64,000 nt of DNA, from IMG/VR virus record IMGVR_UViG_3300028920_000039, positions 71,047 through 135,046 of that record, one strand, 5' to 3'. Both the position numbers and the translations under genes were made by a program. Positions 31,175 to 41,404 of the stretch are shown here, one piece after another. How positions within the stretch are numbered: position 1 is the first letter of the stretch; every line of letters begins with the position of its first letter. The notes beneath the pieces are model-generated. The model was given only the letters and a program-made list of their open reading frames with translations. It ran no database searches and was not told where the DNA came from. This DNA comes from a virus.

Positions 31175-32168
31175 ATGAAGATTTTGTTCGCTACTGCTAC
31201 ATTTTCAAGCCCAATACAAGCTGCTTGAATACACCCAGAACATACTGGAGGCCTGGCCTAAGCTGGTTCAGGAGAAGAAGCTGACAAGCTGGCTTTGGGA
31301 CAATAAGGCTACTGCTTCCGAGAGAATCATGATGCTGGATAGTGGAGTGTTCAGCACCTGGACACTCGGCAAGAAAGTTGACATCGACGCCTATGCCCAG
31401 TACTGCAAGGACAACGATGAGATAGTGACTGTCTACGTCAATTGCGATGTAATTCCGGGGAGATACGGGGAAATTCCTACCGCTCAAGAGGTGGAGGACT
31501 CAGCAGCGAAGGGCTGGGATAACTTCATGTATCTCATTGACAAAGGCCTTCCGGCTCACCGCATCATCCATGTGTTCCACCAAGGTGAGGATTTCAAGTG
31601 GCTTGAGAAGCTGATGGATCACAATGAGGAGAGAGTAGAAGCCGGTGAAGAACCTCTCTACATTGGACTCAGCCCTGCCAATGATCGAACCACTAAACAG
31701 AAGATCCTTTGGCTTGATCAGTGCATGCCTTACGTCACAACTCCCGATGGCTCTGCCAAAGTGAAGTGGCACGGCTTCGGTGTGACAGCTACCAAGATCA
31801 TGCGTCGGTATCCGTGGTATACGGTGGACAGCACAAGCTGGATGCGCGCTGGTGCTTACGGACAGCTCAAGATTCCTGCTCGAGGAGAGAAGCTACCGTT
31901 CCTGGACAGCCGCTTGCAGATAGCATTGACGGCAGGTGCAGGCATCTCTCAGGCTGACAAGCATTACGGCAGTTTCAGTGATAAAGAGAAAGACGCCATC
32001 AAGAAGTATCTGAAAACGATAGATCTGTCCATTGATGATGTTTGCCAGGACGGAAACGAAGGCGTGCGCCACCGTCAATTCGCTAACATTCATTACTGGA
32101 AGCAGATGGAGAAGGAGCTCAACACATTGGATTTGCGATGGAAGAAGCCCCAAGAAACGTTTTTATAG
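31175..32168 (+). CDS. dpdA: DpdA-like/TGT-fold 7-deazaguanine DNA transglycosylase; 5' end interrupted by a +1 frameshift at 31202-31205
   Basis: 'LDSGVFS', 'DVIPG', 'IHVFHQGE', 'YIGLS', 'WHGFG', 'PWYTVDSTSW'. ATG 31175 (MKILFA) stops at 31228; the main frame is open 31179-32168. Confidence 0.8.
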
Positions 32169-32325
32169 ACTGGATCATTGCTTGCGCTAATGAAATAGAT
32201 AGGCAAACAAACATCGAAGAGGGTTATTGGATGGGTGTAATAAACCCTGTGATACGAAACTACATTATGTTCCGTAGATCTTCAATGAGAGCTATTTGGG
32301 GCATGAAGAGGAGATGCAGTCGAAA

Positions 32326-33369
32326 ATGAAGACACAGCCGCTACTTAGTGCTATCAGCACAATCTTACCAGCAGTCAATGCCAAAGGTCTTGTTCCTGAG
32401 TTTCAGTTTCTGTACTTCCACAAAGACTATGTGGAAGCCACAGATGGTAGCTTGCTTTTGCGAGCACAGCTTGAAGAAGAAATGCCTGAGTTCTGCGTTG
32501 AGGCTGGCGTTTTCCACCAGCTTCTGAAGACAGTGACAGCTGAGGAAGTGGAGATCAGACTGAAGGACAAGTCGGTAGTACTGAAAGCAAAAGGACTCAA
32601 GACGAAGCTGAATCTGCCTGCTGAGGTACCTGAATGTGACATCGATTTCGATGTGGACGATTGGACAGAGGTGCCAGATGGTCTTCTCGAAGGTTTGAGT
32701 TTATGCAGATTCACAGCCTGTCCTGACCAAACTGCTGGACCTCTCACAGGGGTTCGTGTTGAGGAAGACACTGTTATTTCCTGTGATCGCTGGCGAGTTT
32801 CCCTGTTTTCCCTTGAGAAAGCTTTTGGGCATTCCGTTACCATTCCCGTCAACATAATCGACCAGCTCGGTCGTTTTCCGAAGATTGAGGGGTTTGCGAT
32901 CAAAGACAGTACGATCTACTTTGACGCAGACACAGCCAGAATCGGTGCCAAGCTTTTGTTGGGTGAGTATCCTTCCGAGCCATTGCTCGGACAGCTAGAC
33001 CAGATCAAGGATGCAGAAGAGCTGAAGCTCACCAAAGAGCTGAAAGGTGCAATATCCGATGCAGGTAAGCGGCAGAATATCATTCAGAGTAAGATGTTGG
33101 AGTTTGATCGTGAGACAGAGTTCACAGTTGATAAGGGGAAGGTGAAGCTGTCAGCCCAGAGCGAGGCGATTGGTGCTATTGAGGAAACATTGGATTGCAA
33201 GAAAGCCAAGAAAGCTTCTTTCACTTTCCGGATCAATCCTGTATTTCTGCTCAAATCGTTTGCAGAAACCGATACTCTTCTGTATTCGGAGCCCAACAAC
33301 ATCGCTGCATTCGAAGGCAACAACTTCATGCATCTCGTGAAGACCAAAACGCCTGACGAAGACAAATGA
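32326..33369 (+). CDS. DNA polymerase sliding clamp (beta-clamp-like)
   Basis: 'VEATDGS', 'GVRVEEDTVISCDRWR', 'KLLLGEYP', 'FRINPVFL'; start could be 32314. Confidence 0.85.
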   Translation: MKTQPLLSAISTILPAVNAKGLVPEFQFLYFHKDYVEATDGSLLLRAQLEEEMPEFCVEAGVFHQLLKTVTAEEVEIRLKDKSVVLKAKGLKTKLNLPAEVPECDIDFDVDDWTEVPDGLLEGLSLCRFTACPDQTAGPLTGVRVEEDTVISCDRWRVSLFSLEKAFGHSVTIPVNIIDQLGRFPKIEGFAIKDSTIYFDADTARIGAKLLLGEYPSEPLLGQLDQIKDAEELKLTKELKGAISDAGKRQNIIQSKMLEFDRETEFTVDKGKVKLSAQSEAIGAIEETLDCKKAKKASFTFRINPVFLLKSFAETDTLLYSEPNNIAAFEGNNFMHLVKTKTPDEDK

Positions 33370-35915
33370 CAGACACCATTCAGCGAGCCTTCTTGGTTGA
33401 TGATGCTGTGTTAGCCAAGTACGGCAAAACCCGTCGCCGGCGCAACATGAAGAATCGCGCTAAGGCTGGCGGAAGGAAGCACAAAGCTTCGTCAGCCATC
33501 AAAGACTGCTCTACTTGTGGTTTATATGAGAATGTGCATTCTCCGAAGATGGAGCCTTATGGTAAGGGCGAGCTTGGTGTTATGGTGGTAGGTGAGTCTC
33601 CCGGAGCTAAAGAGGACAGAAGGGGGAGGCCTTTTGTAGGACCTGCTGGTGTTACTCTCCGTCGAGCAATGAATGAGTTTGGCCTTGACCTGGATCGTGA
33701 TTGCCTTACAACAAACGCCTTTCAGTGCATGCCTCCTCCTGATGTCAAGAAGACGAAACCAAGGGTCAAGAAATGGGTTTCCTGTTGTAGGGAACGGTTG
33801 GAAAGACAGATCAAAGAGTTCAATCCCGACATGATTTTGACCCTTGGTGCTGATGCAGCTAACGCTGTGTTACAGCCTTCTTTCGAAGCACTGACAGCGG
33901 CTCGAGTTCGCGGGTTGGGATTCCCTTCTCGTAAGTTCAACTGCTGGGTAACATGTGCTTGGCATCCGTCCTTCGTGAATCGAGAGGATGATCCTGCGAT
34001 TGAGAGGTTTTGGTTGAATGATTTGGAGGATTGCTTTGAGTATTTGGAGAGGCCTTTCCCCGCTCCAATGGCTGAAAACCATATCATTCTCGACGACAAG
34101 AAACGAGCACTCAAGCTGCTGAAAGAGTGGAGCAGCTCTGACACACCACCTACTGCTTTCGACTATGAAACCAACACACTTTTTACCTACAACAACACTG
34201 CTCAAGTTCATTGTGTGACATTGTGTAATGACCCCTCTATAGCCTACTTCCTGCCGCTTGAGTATAAAGACTTCTGGAATGAAGAGGACCTTCTTGACAT
34301 ATACGAAGGCCTGGGAGGTTGGCTTGCATCACCTTGCCCCAAGATCGTTCAAAACCGTGCGATGGAGGAGAAGTGGTCAAACGAACATCTCCAGGCCCCG
34401 GTCAACAATATCATTGATGATACTATGGTCACTAACCACGCCAGATTGAACAGACAGAAATCCAGCGGGTTATCATTCCAAGCTTTTCGCACAACTGGTG
34501 AAGACTACAAGAAAGGTATCAATGTAGAAAAGGAAGGTTGGGCTGATAAAGAGCCTGTTGATCAGGTTGTGAAGTATGCCTGTTTCGATGCGCAAAGCAC
34601 ATTGATTTCTCATTATGACCACAAAGCCGCACTTGTTAAGATGCCTGAGGTGAGGCAAGCGGCAGACTTCTTTCTGAGCTGCTCCCCTGCTCTTGTCCGC
34701 ATGGAGATGCGAGGCATTGGAGTAGACCAAAAAGAGATGGAACGACAGAAGGACGATGGGGAGAAGCAGAAAGCCGGTTGTGAGACCTACTTTTTGGACC
34801 ACCCTTTTGTTGGTAGGTTCAAAACAGTAACAGGCAAGGATCAATGGAATCCTGGGGCCGACCAAGATTTCAGGGATATGTTCTACAAGACGCTTGATCT
34901 TGAGCCTCCTGATTGGAGGACCAAAGGAGGAAAGCTTCCGGCTGACAAGGACGCAGTAGCCTTCATAGTTCAGAATGTGAAAGACGATCAGATCAAAGAG
35001 TTCTGTGATAACATGATGACCTGGAGGAAACTGGACACACTTCTGGGCACATTTATTTCACAGTTTGAAAGGCTGCTACAGGATGACGGACTGATTCATC
35101 CTGCTTTTTGGTTGCATACAGTTGCAAGCTATAGATCCTCTTCATCCGATCCAAACTTCCAGAATCTGCCGAAACGAGATGAGCTCCATGCTGCCTTCCG
35201 TCGAATCGTGATTCCTCACATAGGCAGCATCATAAGTGAGATAGATGCCGGAGGTTCTGAAGTGGCAGTCATGGCGATGCTGTCGAAGGATTCCACACTC
35301 ACAAAGCAGGTCCAGGAAAGGTTCGATCCTCATGCCTACTGGGCGGCAAAAATATATGAGACCACCCCTGACAAGGTGACCAAGGAACAAAGGTTCATGG
35401 GTAAGAACAAGCTGGTATTCCCGTTGTTCTATGGGAGTTACTTCAAGTCTATCGCCAAGAGTTTCGAGATGCCAGAGCGTCATGTCAAGAAGGTTGAGGA
35501 GGAGTTCTGGCGGATGTATCCTGGTATTCGCAAGTGGCAGGAGACACAGGTTCGTTTCTACAAGAAGTTTGGTTATATCACCATGCCTCTTGGTTTTCGT
35601 CGGTATGCTCCTTTGTCTCGTAACCAGATTTTCAACAGCAATGTACAAGGGACGAGCTTCCATCTGTTGCTTGAATCTATTCGTCGAATCGACGATGAAA
35701 TGCGTAAGAAAGGTATGAAGAGCGGAATGGAGATTCAGGTACACGACTCAGCTGTTACAGATATCGTCGAGGAAGAGCTGGAGGACGTTAGGAAGATTCA
35801 GTGGAAACACATGACTAATAAGCTGTTTGATTGGCAGGGCGATGTCTCCAGAAGGGCAGAATGGATGGAAGGTCCGAACTGGAAGGATATGGAAGAGATC
35901 AAAGTAGCAGCGTGA
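33366..35915 (+). CDS. family A DNA polymerase with N-terminal family-4 uracil-DNA-glycosylase-like domain and 3'-5' exonuclease
   Basis: UDG4 'CSTCGL...VVGESPG..ED..GRPFVGPAG'; Exo 'AFDYET'; Pol motifs 'PNFQNLP', 'EID...SE', 'GKNKLVFPLFYG', 'QVHDS'. Confidence 0.93.
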   Translation: MTDTIQRAFLVDDAVLAKYGKTRRRRNMKNRAKAGGRKHKASSAIKDCSTCGLYENVHSPKMEPYGKGELGVMVVGESPGAKEDRRGRPFVGPAGVTLRRAMNEFGLDLDRDCLTTNAFQCMPPPDVKKTKPRVKKWVSCCRERLERQIKEFNPDMILTLGADAANAVLQPSFEALTAARVRGLGFPSRKFNCWVTCAWHPSFVNREDDPAIERFWLNDLEDCFEYLERPFPAPMAENHIILDDKKRALKLLKEWSSSDTPPTAFDYETNTLFTYNNTAQVHCVTLCNDPSIAYFLPLEYKDFWNEEDLLDIYEGLGGWLASPCPKIVQNRAMEEKWSNEHLQAPVNNIIDDTMVTNHARLNRQKSSGLSFQAFRTTGEDYKKGINVEKEGWADKEPVDQVVKYACFDAQSTLISHYDHKAALVKMPEVRQAADFFLSCSPALVRMEMRGIGVDQKEMERQKDDGEKQKAGCETYFLDHPFVGRFKTVTGKDQWNPGADQDFRDMFYKTLDLEPPDWRTKGGKLPADKDAVAFIVQNVKDDQIKEFCDNMMTWRKLDTLLGTFISQFERLLQDDGLIHPAFWLHTVASYRSSSSDPNFQNLPKRDELHAAFRRIVIPHIGSIISEIDAGGSEVAVMAMLSKDSTLTKQVQERFDPHAYWAAKIYETTPDKVTKEQRFMGKNKLVFPLFYGSYFKSIAKSFEMPERHVKKVEEEFWRMYPGIRKWQETQVRFYKKFGYITMPLGFRRYAPLSRNQIFNSNVQGTSFHLLLESIRRIDDEMRKKGMKSGMEIQVHDSAVTDIVEEELEDVRKIQWKHMTNKLFDWQGDVSRRAEWMEGPNWKDMEEIKVAA

Positions 35916-35926
35916 GGAGATGAGCT

Positions 35927-36877
35927 ATGCTATATCAGCGATGTCGTCCAAAGATCTTTGATGAGATCTTCGGCAACCGAGAGATTGTTCGAGCACTGAG
36001 AAAGGTTGTCGAGAAGAAACCTTCGCAGCGTCCTCATACATATCTGTTTCACGGGCCAAAGGGGTGTGGTAAGACGACCCTTGCGAGAATCATGTGCAAT
36101 GAGTTAGGCTGTGAGAGGACGTCACTAGTGGAGCTGAACGCAGCCAATACACGCGGTATTGACTCTGTCAGGCAGATAGCCGAGAATGCAGGCGTGGCTC
36201 CGATGTTCGGGGAGGCCAGATGCTATCTGGTAGATGAGAGCCACCAGTTGACTAGCGCTGCCCAGGAAGCTTTCCTTAAAGTAATAGAAGACTGCCCCAA
36301 ACATACATACTTCATGTTTTGCACCACAGAACCTGCCAAGCTAATAGGTACTATCAAAAGCAGATGTGCCCAGTATCGAGTTATGCCACTACGTCCCAGC
36401 GAGATGCGAAAACTGTTGACACACATAGTTGACATTGAGGGTATAGACGAAAAGAAGATAGACTTGGAGATCATCGACAAGTTGACGAAGGCATCCGATG
36501 GTTGTCCACGAAACGCACTTATGTTGCTCGAACAGATCCAAGACCTTGATTCCACTGAAGAGATTGAAAAATCCATTGAGTATATGGCCTATGCTGATAC
36601 AGCAGATAAGGATGTGGTCGAGTTGTTGAAATTGGCTACGTCCAAGAAGGTGGATCGGTGGCCGAAGATTGCTAAGATGTTTGACAAGGTTAAGGCAGAT
36701 CCCGAGACCATTCGCATCTTGTTACTCAGATGGCTCAAGAAAATGCTGCTGACAGCTAAGAATGAACATGAGGCGGTGAGGCTCTGCGAGCTCATCATGA
36801 TTTTCGAGAAGCCCACATATTCTGCCGGAGATGCCATACTGGTGCGAATGTTGTTTGAGTCAACTTTGGTTGAGTAA
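35927..36877 (+). CDS. clamp loader AAA+ ATPase (DnaX gamma/tau-like)
   Basis: 'LYQRCRP', 'GPKGCGKTT', 'ELNAANTRGID', 'VDESHQLT', 'TIKSRC', 'GCPRNAL'. Confidence 0.93.
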   Translation: MLYQRCRPKIFDEIFGNREIVRALRKVVEKKPSQRPHTYLFHGPKGCGKTTLARIMCNELGCERTSLVELNAANTRGIDSVRQIAENAGVAPMFGEARCYLVDESHQLTSAAQEAFLKVIEDCPKHTYFMFCTTEPAKLIGTIKSRCAQYRVMPLRPSEMRKLLTHIVDIEGIDEKKIDLEIIDKLTKASDGCPRNALMLLEQIQDLDSTEEIEKSIEYMAYADTADKDVVELLKLATSKKVDRWPKIAKMFDKVKADPETIRILLLRWLKKMLLTAKNEHEAVRLCELIMIFEKPTYSAGDAILVRMLFESTLVE

Positions 36878-36894
36878 CTGTAAGATACTTTGAT

Positions 36895-37143
36895 ATGGAA
36901 ACACTAGTAATGACTTTGAAGTATCTGTTGGTTGGAGCAGGCGTATTGCTCGGTATAGCACTGTCTGTTATAGTTGTTGTGGTGCTTGCTTTTAGCATTG
37001 CTCGAGCCATTACTTCAGGGATTCTTGATGCGAAACAGAAGTACAAAAAGGAGGAGACTGATGAGCAGGATGGATGCAATCGAGAAGGAACAGAAGGACA
37101 AGGAAAGCGGAAACTACGGCATAGAGAGGAAATGGTACATTGA
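36895..37143 (+). CDS. small membrane protein
   Basis: Long hydrophobic stretch followed by a charged tail; overlaps the ssb start and has a weak RBS. Confidence 0.4.
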   Translation: METLVMTLKYLLVGAGVLLGIALSVIVVVVLAFSIARAITSGILDAKQKYKKEETDEQDGCNREGTEGQGKRKLRHREEMVH

Positions 37144-38116
37144 CCAGGATGCCCTGGACAAGCATGGAATAGAGCAGTACAGGGCGAAGGTAGGAAGTAA
37201 TTTCCTCTCGATTGTCCCGCCTTCGGATCCCGATGCTTACTTCGGGTTGAGAATCTTCGTCCATTACAACATCGGCCCCAATAATGATGCCTTTCTGTGT
37301 CCGCGGATGATGCTCGGCGAAGCATGTGTCATCTGTGAGAGGCAGGATCAGCTGAAGGCTGCTGAAGCGGATGAAGACGTTATCAAGGCACTGTCTTGCT
37401 TTCCTCCGCGGTATCTCTTTCTGGCAGTGGATGAGACTTCAGAGGAAACAGCGGAGAAAGGTCCTCAGTTGTATGATGCTCCTCAGACCGTCAACAATGA
37501 GATTCTGGGACTCAGCAAGAACCGCAAGACAGGTGAAACGATAGACATTAGCGACCCTGACAAGGGCAAGATGCTCATCTTTGACCGAACTGGTACCAAG
37601 GCTCACAACACACGATACAGCGCTTTCGAGCTTGAGAAACGCGAACCTTTGGCTGATAATTGGTTGAAGGTGCCTAGCATCGAAGATCTTCTGTATTTTG
37701 CTACTGAGGCGGAGATGCTGAAGTCACTTGGCGCTTCAGTCAGAAAGGCTGATCCCGAAGATGAAGGCACTGATACTGCAGATGAAGGTACTGACACAGG
37801 TGGTCGTCGCAGCAGGGGTGCCCGCTCAGGACGTTCAAGTCGTCAGTCATCGGAGGCAAAATCTGAAGAGACACCTTCCGGTTGCCGGTCACGGCGGAGT
37901 GAACCATCTAAGCCCGAGGAGGCAGAGGAGAAATCGGGTGATGAGCAAGACGACGGGACCACCCGCCGCCGGCCCCGGATTCCTCGTGATGAGGAGCCTG
38001 CATCGGACGAAGCGCCTGCTGATGATAAGGGCGGTGAGGGTGAGGCAGCAGATAGTGATGTCAAGTCTCGTCTGCGCGATCGCCTGAAGAAGCGGCGGGC
38101 CTCACAAGAAGACTAG
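37061..38116 (+). CDS. single-stranded DNA-binding protein (gp32-like)
   Basis: SD GAGGAG then ATG 37061; 'VHY.IG...FLCP...CVICE' Zn motif; long acidic C-terminal tail. Confidence 0.8.
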   Translation: MSRMDAIEKEQKDKESGNYGIERKWYIDQDALDKHGIEQYRAKVGSNFLSIVPPSDPDAYFGLRIFVHYNIGPNNDAFLCPRMMLGEACVICERQDQLKAAEADEDVIKALSCFPPRYLFLAVDETSEETAEKGPQLYDAPQTVNNEILGLSKNRKTGETIDISDPDKGKMLIFDRTGTKAHNTRYSAFELEKREPLADNWLKVPSIEDLLYFATEAEMLKSLGASVRKADPEDEGTDTADEGTDTGGRRSRGARSGRSSRQSSEAKSEETPSGCRSRRSEPSKPEEAEEKSGDEQDDGTTRRRPRIPRDEEPASDEAPADDKGGEGEAADSDVKSRLRDRLKKRRASQED

Positions 38117-38118
38117 GG

Positions 38119-38601
38119 ATGCTTAGTTACGAAGAATTAAGGCAACAGCTCCCAATAGATCTGAACAATCTCGACGAAGATTGCAGTCTACAGCCTGAGT
38201 TGTATATGGAAGCTGTTGAGCTTGCTTCAGAGGCCAAGGAAGCTGCTGTTGTCGCTAAAGATGATCTTGATCGAGTCGAAGCACAAATTGCCGTAGGCTA
38301 TCGGAGCGGTGAGATCAGTACCGACATCAAGAAGACGGAAGAGTCCATCAAGGCGTTGGTAGCATGCCATGACGATGTAGTTGCGGCGAAGACAGCCTTA
38401 CGCAAGAAGCAACGGATCTCCCAGCGTATGGAGGGTCTGGTCAATAGCTTTGACCATCGCCGTAGCATGCTGAACAATGAGACAGATATGTTCAACGGAC
38501 AGTATAACCATTGTGCAGACATAAAGGGTCGCCGTGGTGCTGCTACCGAAGACGAAATTCGAAGTGCAAGGAGGCAGAAGAGTGGCCAAAAAGAAGAATG
38601 A
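38119..38601 (+). CDS. recombination mediator-like helical protein (UvsY-like)
   Basis: Helical, between SSB and RecA; 'FDHRRSMLN'. Confidence 0.45.
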   Translation: MLSYEELRQQLPIDLNNLDEDCSLQPELYMEAVELASEAKEAAVVAKDDLDRVEAQIAVGYRSGEISTDIKKTEESIKALVACHDDVVAAKTALRKKQRISQRMEGLVNSFDHRRSMLNNETDMFNGQYNHCADIKGRRGAATEDEIRSARRQKSGQKEE

Positions 38602-39631
38602 AGAGGAAGAAGCAGTAGAGCTTATCAAACGAGCACCTCCGGTTACGCACTACCTTTCAACAGGTTGTACATTGCTTGATCTCGCAATTGCAGACCGTCT
38701 GCCTGGTGGGTTTGCCTGCGGTCGCATCACACAGATCTACGGCGGAGAATCCAGCGCCAAGTCGGTTCTAGTGGCTGAAGCGCTCGGAAGCGCGCAGCGG
38801 CAAGGTGGCACTGCCTACCTTCGTGAGCGAGAAGGCACCTGGGATTTTCAGCGAGCAGAGAATCTTCACGATCTTCATACCGATAAGCAATGGAGTTATG
38901 ACACCATCGATACTATCGAAGATCTTTTCGAAACACACATCAAGGCTGCTGTTAAAAACGTTATGAAGATTGAGAAACCGTGTGGAATGGCGGTAGACAG
39001 CCTGACAGCACTTCCATCCGCTACTGAGATTGATGAGGAGATGGGTACAGCTACATACGGAACTTCCCGGGCCAAGATGTTAAGTTTAGGGTTTAGGAAG
39101 CATCTTGGGGGTATCATTAGTTCAAAGTTGAGCCTGATCATTGTTGATCAGACTCGGGACAACGTTGGTGTCACATTCGGTGACAAAGACGCTATTTCTG
39201 GCGGCAGAGCGCTCAGGTTTTACGCTTCCACACGCGTTCGACTGTCACATATCGAGAGAATCTGCAACAGCAGTGACAAGGTTATCGGTGTGAAGATAGG
39301 TTTCTTCGTCAAGAAGAACAAGGTCGCCCCACCATTTAGGGAAGGAGAGTTTCGCATTCTGTTTGACTATGGCATCGATGACATTGGGTCTTCTATTGAT
39401 TGGTTGCATGATAATGATCCTGAGCTGATAAAGATCAAGGAGAAAGAAAAGCTGAAGAATCCTCCTTGGGCTATTCCCGAGCTAGGTCTCAGAGCCAGAG
39501 GCTTGAATGATCTTGCCAAGAAGGTCGAGGATCAGAACCTTGAAAGAGAGCTTGCGCAAGAAGTTGAGCGTGTCTGGAGAATTGTTTACGCTCCGTTAGA
39601 TCGCAAGAAGCGGGTGCGTTTGGACAACTGA
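38582..39631 (+). CDS. RecA/UvsX recombinase
   Basis: 'STGCTLLDLAI', 'GGESSAKS', 'VDSLTAL', 'SGGRALRFYASTRVRL', 'KNKVAPPFRE'; GTG start at 38582. Confidence 0.95.
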   Translation: MAKKKNEEEEAVELIKRAPPVTHYLSTGCTLLDLAIADRLPGGFACGRITQIYGGESSAKSVLVAEALGSAQRQGGTAYLREREGTWDFQRAENLHDLHTDKQWSYDTIDTIEDLFETHIKAAVKNVMKIEKPCGMAVDSLTALPSATEIDEEMGTATYGTSRAKMLSLGFRKHLGGIISSKLSLIIVDQTRDNVGVTFGDKDAISGGRALRFYASTRVRLSHIERICNSSDKVIGVKIGFFVKKNKVAPPFREGEFRILFDYGIDDIGSSIDWLHDNDPELIKIKEKEKLKNPPWAIPELGLRARGLNDLAKKVEDQNLERELAQEVERVWRIVYAPLDRKKRVRLDN

Positions 39632-39632
39632 A

Positions 39633-40571
39633 ATGCCTATCTTCCGTGAAGAACTCGTGCGGATACTGAACTACTTCGACATTTCGTACAGTGTTCAGAC
39701 CCGAAACGCCCTTAACATAGCCTGCCCCTACTGTGATGACGAGAAGAGCCATTGCGGCGTCTTCGTTGATAACCTGCGTTATTCTTGCTGGAAGTGCAAG
39801 GCTTCTGGTACTTTGTTTGAGCTGCTGCGAGAGCTCTACAACATCACATACCAAGAGTATGTCGCCCTTCTCGACCATGAGTTGCCAACCGAACATAAGA
39901 GCGCCTTGTCACAGATCAAGGAGATATTAGGTGAGAAGGAGGGGTTTTCTCACATGCCTGATATGGTGGAATGGCCTCCCGAAGGTACTGTGCCTATTAC
40001 TAAGATGAAGGAGGATGCTCTTACAAGTGACTTCTTGAAGCAAAGACATCTTGACTGGCGGTTATGTGATGACATGGGGGTTCGGGTTGGTGTGGTGGGT
40101 CGCTATACAGCTAGGTTTCTGATACCAGTTATCAGTGAGAACACGGTTGTTGCTTATCAGGCTCGAGATATGACGGGCCAGTATGATGCCAAGTACCTGT
40201 CAGAAGGTGAGGTGTCTTACTATTTGTACAATATTGACAACGTTGACACTACCAAGCCCATCCCTATCACTGAGGGCGTCATCAGTTCTTGGTTTACAGA
40301 CTACAATGCTGTTGCATCCTTCACAACCGCGCTTTCTCCTCATCAAATCAATCTAATGCTTTCCAAAGACCCTCCTTATTGGGTTCTTTGTTGGGACATT
40401 GGCGAGGATGGCAGTGACGCTTTTTGGAAGGCCCGGCCTGCAATGCAGAACCTATCAGGACAATTCGGTCCAGGCAAAGTCAAGTATGTAACCCTTCCGC
40501 CTGGTAAGGACCCCGCTGACTTGGGGAGGGACAAGATGCAGTACCTACTGAAGAGAGCGACACCAATATGA
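39633..40571 (+). CDS. DNA primase (Zn finger + TOPRIM)
   Basis: 'CPYC...H...CWKC'; 'ITEGVI'; 'LCWDIGED'; 'KDPADL'. Confidence 0.88.
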   Translation: MPIFREELVRILNYFDISYSVQTRNALNIACPYCDDEKSHCGVFVDNLRYSCWKCKASGTLFELLRELYNITYQEYVALLDHELPTEHKSALSQIKEILGEKEGFSHMPDMVEWPPEGTVPITKMKEDALTSDFLKQRHLDWRLCDDMGVRVGVVGRYTARFLIPVISENTVVAYQARDMTGQYDAKYLSEGEVSYYLYNIDNVDTTKPIPITEGVISSWFTDYNAVASFTTALSPHQINLMLSKDPPYWVLCWDIGEDGSDAFWKARPAMQNLSGQFGPGKVKYVTLPPGKDPADLGRDKMQYLLKRATPI

Positions 40572-41086
40572 GCAAAACATCATTACTAGAGACGCTGAGT
40601 GAAGCAGACATCACATCCATTGCAAAAATTATCGTTAGCCGCTCAGCCTATTTCGCTGAGAAGTTTCCGTTCTTGACAATCGACGATTGTATGCAGGTAT
40701 CCTGGAGGGAGCTAATACAGTACCAGAGTTACTACGACTCTGGAAAAGGTAAGATCACATCATGGGTCTACGGCTTGGTGACCAACACACTCACCAGCTA
40801 CGCTCAAAAGGAGTTCAAGAAGACGCAGAAGTGGGACAACATCGAGGACTTCGTCTTTAAAGATGAGAAAGTTGAAACGCCAGGCATGAACTGCTCCTAT
40901 GATGATTTCGTCCAATTGTTGAAAAGTGTGTTGTCTCCTCGATGCTTCGATTTTCTGAAGCTGCTTGAGGTGGATCCCAAGGCTTGTCTGTCCTCTCTCA
41001 CCGAAACACTTGGGCTTTCAGAAAGGAATTTGTTATACTTGCGCAATGAGCTTCGAGAGACTACCCGTCATATGCTGTTGTGTTGA
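40568..41086 (+). CDS. sigma-factor-like protein 2 (region 2-like)
   Basis: 'IDDCMQVSWRELI...YDSGKGKITSWVYGLVTNTL'. Confidence 0.65.
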   Translation: MSKTSLLETLSEADITSIAKIIVSRSAYFAEKFPFLTIDDCMQVSWRELIQYQSYYDSGKGKITSWVYGLVTNTLTSYAQKEFKKTQKWDNIEDFVFKDEKVETPGMNCSYDDFVQLLKSVLSPRCFDFLKLLEVDPKACLSSLTETLGLSERNLLYLRNELRETTRHMLLC

Positions 41087-41403
41087 TGATGAAACAGCCA
41101 TGCTTTGGAAAGCTATACAGTGCTAAGGCCAAAGAGTGTCAGATCTGTAGGCACTCTGTTAGCTGTTGGGATGTATTTTCAGAAACACCAAGGAGATTTG
41201 TAAGTACTAGTGGCTATACCATAGCTATCATGACGATCATTAAAGAGGGGAAGGAAGTAACCGTTGGGCAGATCAAAGCAAGGATGGAGGAAAGATTCAA
41301 AGGGAAAGAGCTCAACATCTACTACTATTTGGGGGTCCTGAAGAAGCAGGGTCTGGTAGATGTAACTATCAAAGGGAGGCAACGGCTTTACTCGTTGAGA
41401 TGA
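41086..41403 (+). CDS. C4 zinc motif + winged-helix DNA-binding protein
   Basis: 'CFGKLYSAKAKECQIC...C'; wHTH 'VTVGQIK...YYLGVLKKQGLV...RLYSL'. Confidence 0.65.
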   Translation: MMKQPCFGKLYSAKAKECQICRHSVSCWDVFSETPRRFVSTSGYTIAIMTIIKEGKEVTVGQIKARMEERFKGKELNIYYYLGVLKKQGLVDVTIKGRQRLYSLR

Positions 41404-41404
41404 T

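Noticed and set aside
32138-32329. 63-aa ORF between dpdA and the clamp
   Set aside because: It has an ATGA overlap with the clamp start, but its own start lies inside dpdA with no clear RBS or motif; unsupported.
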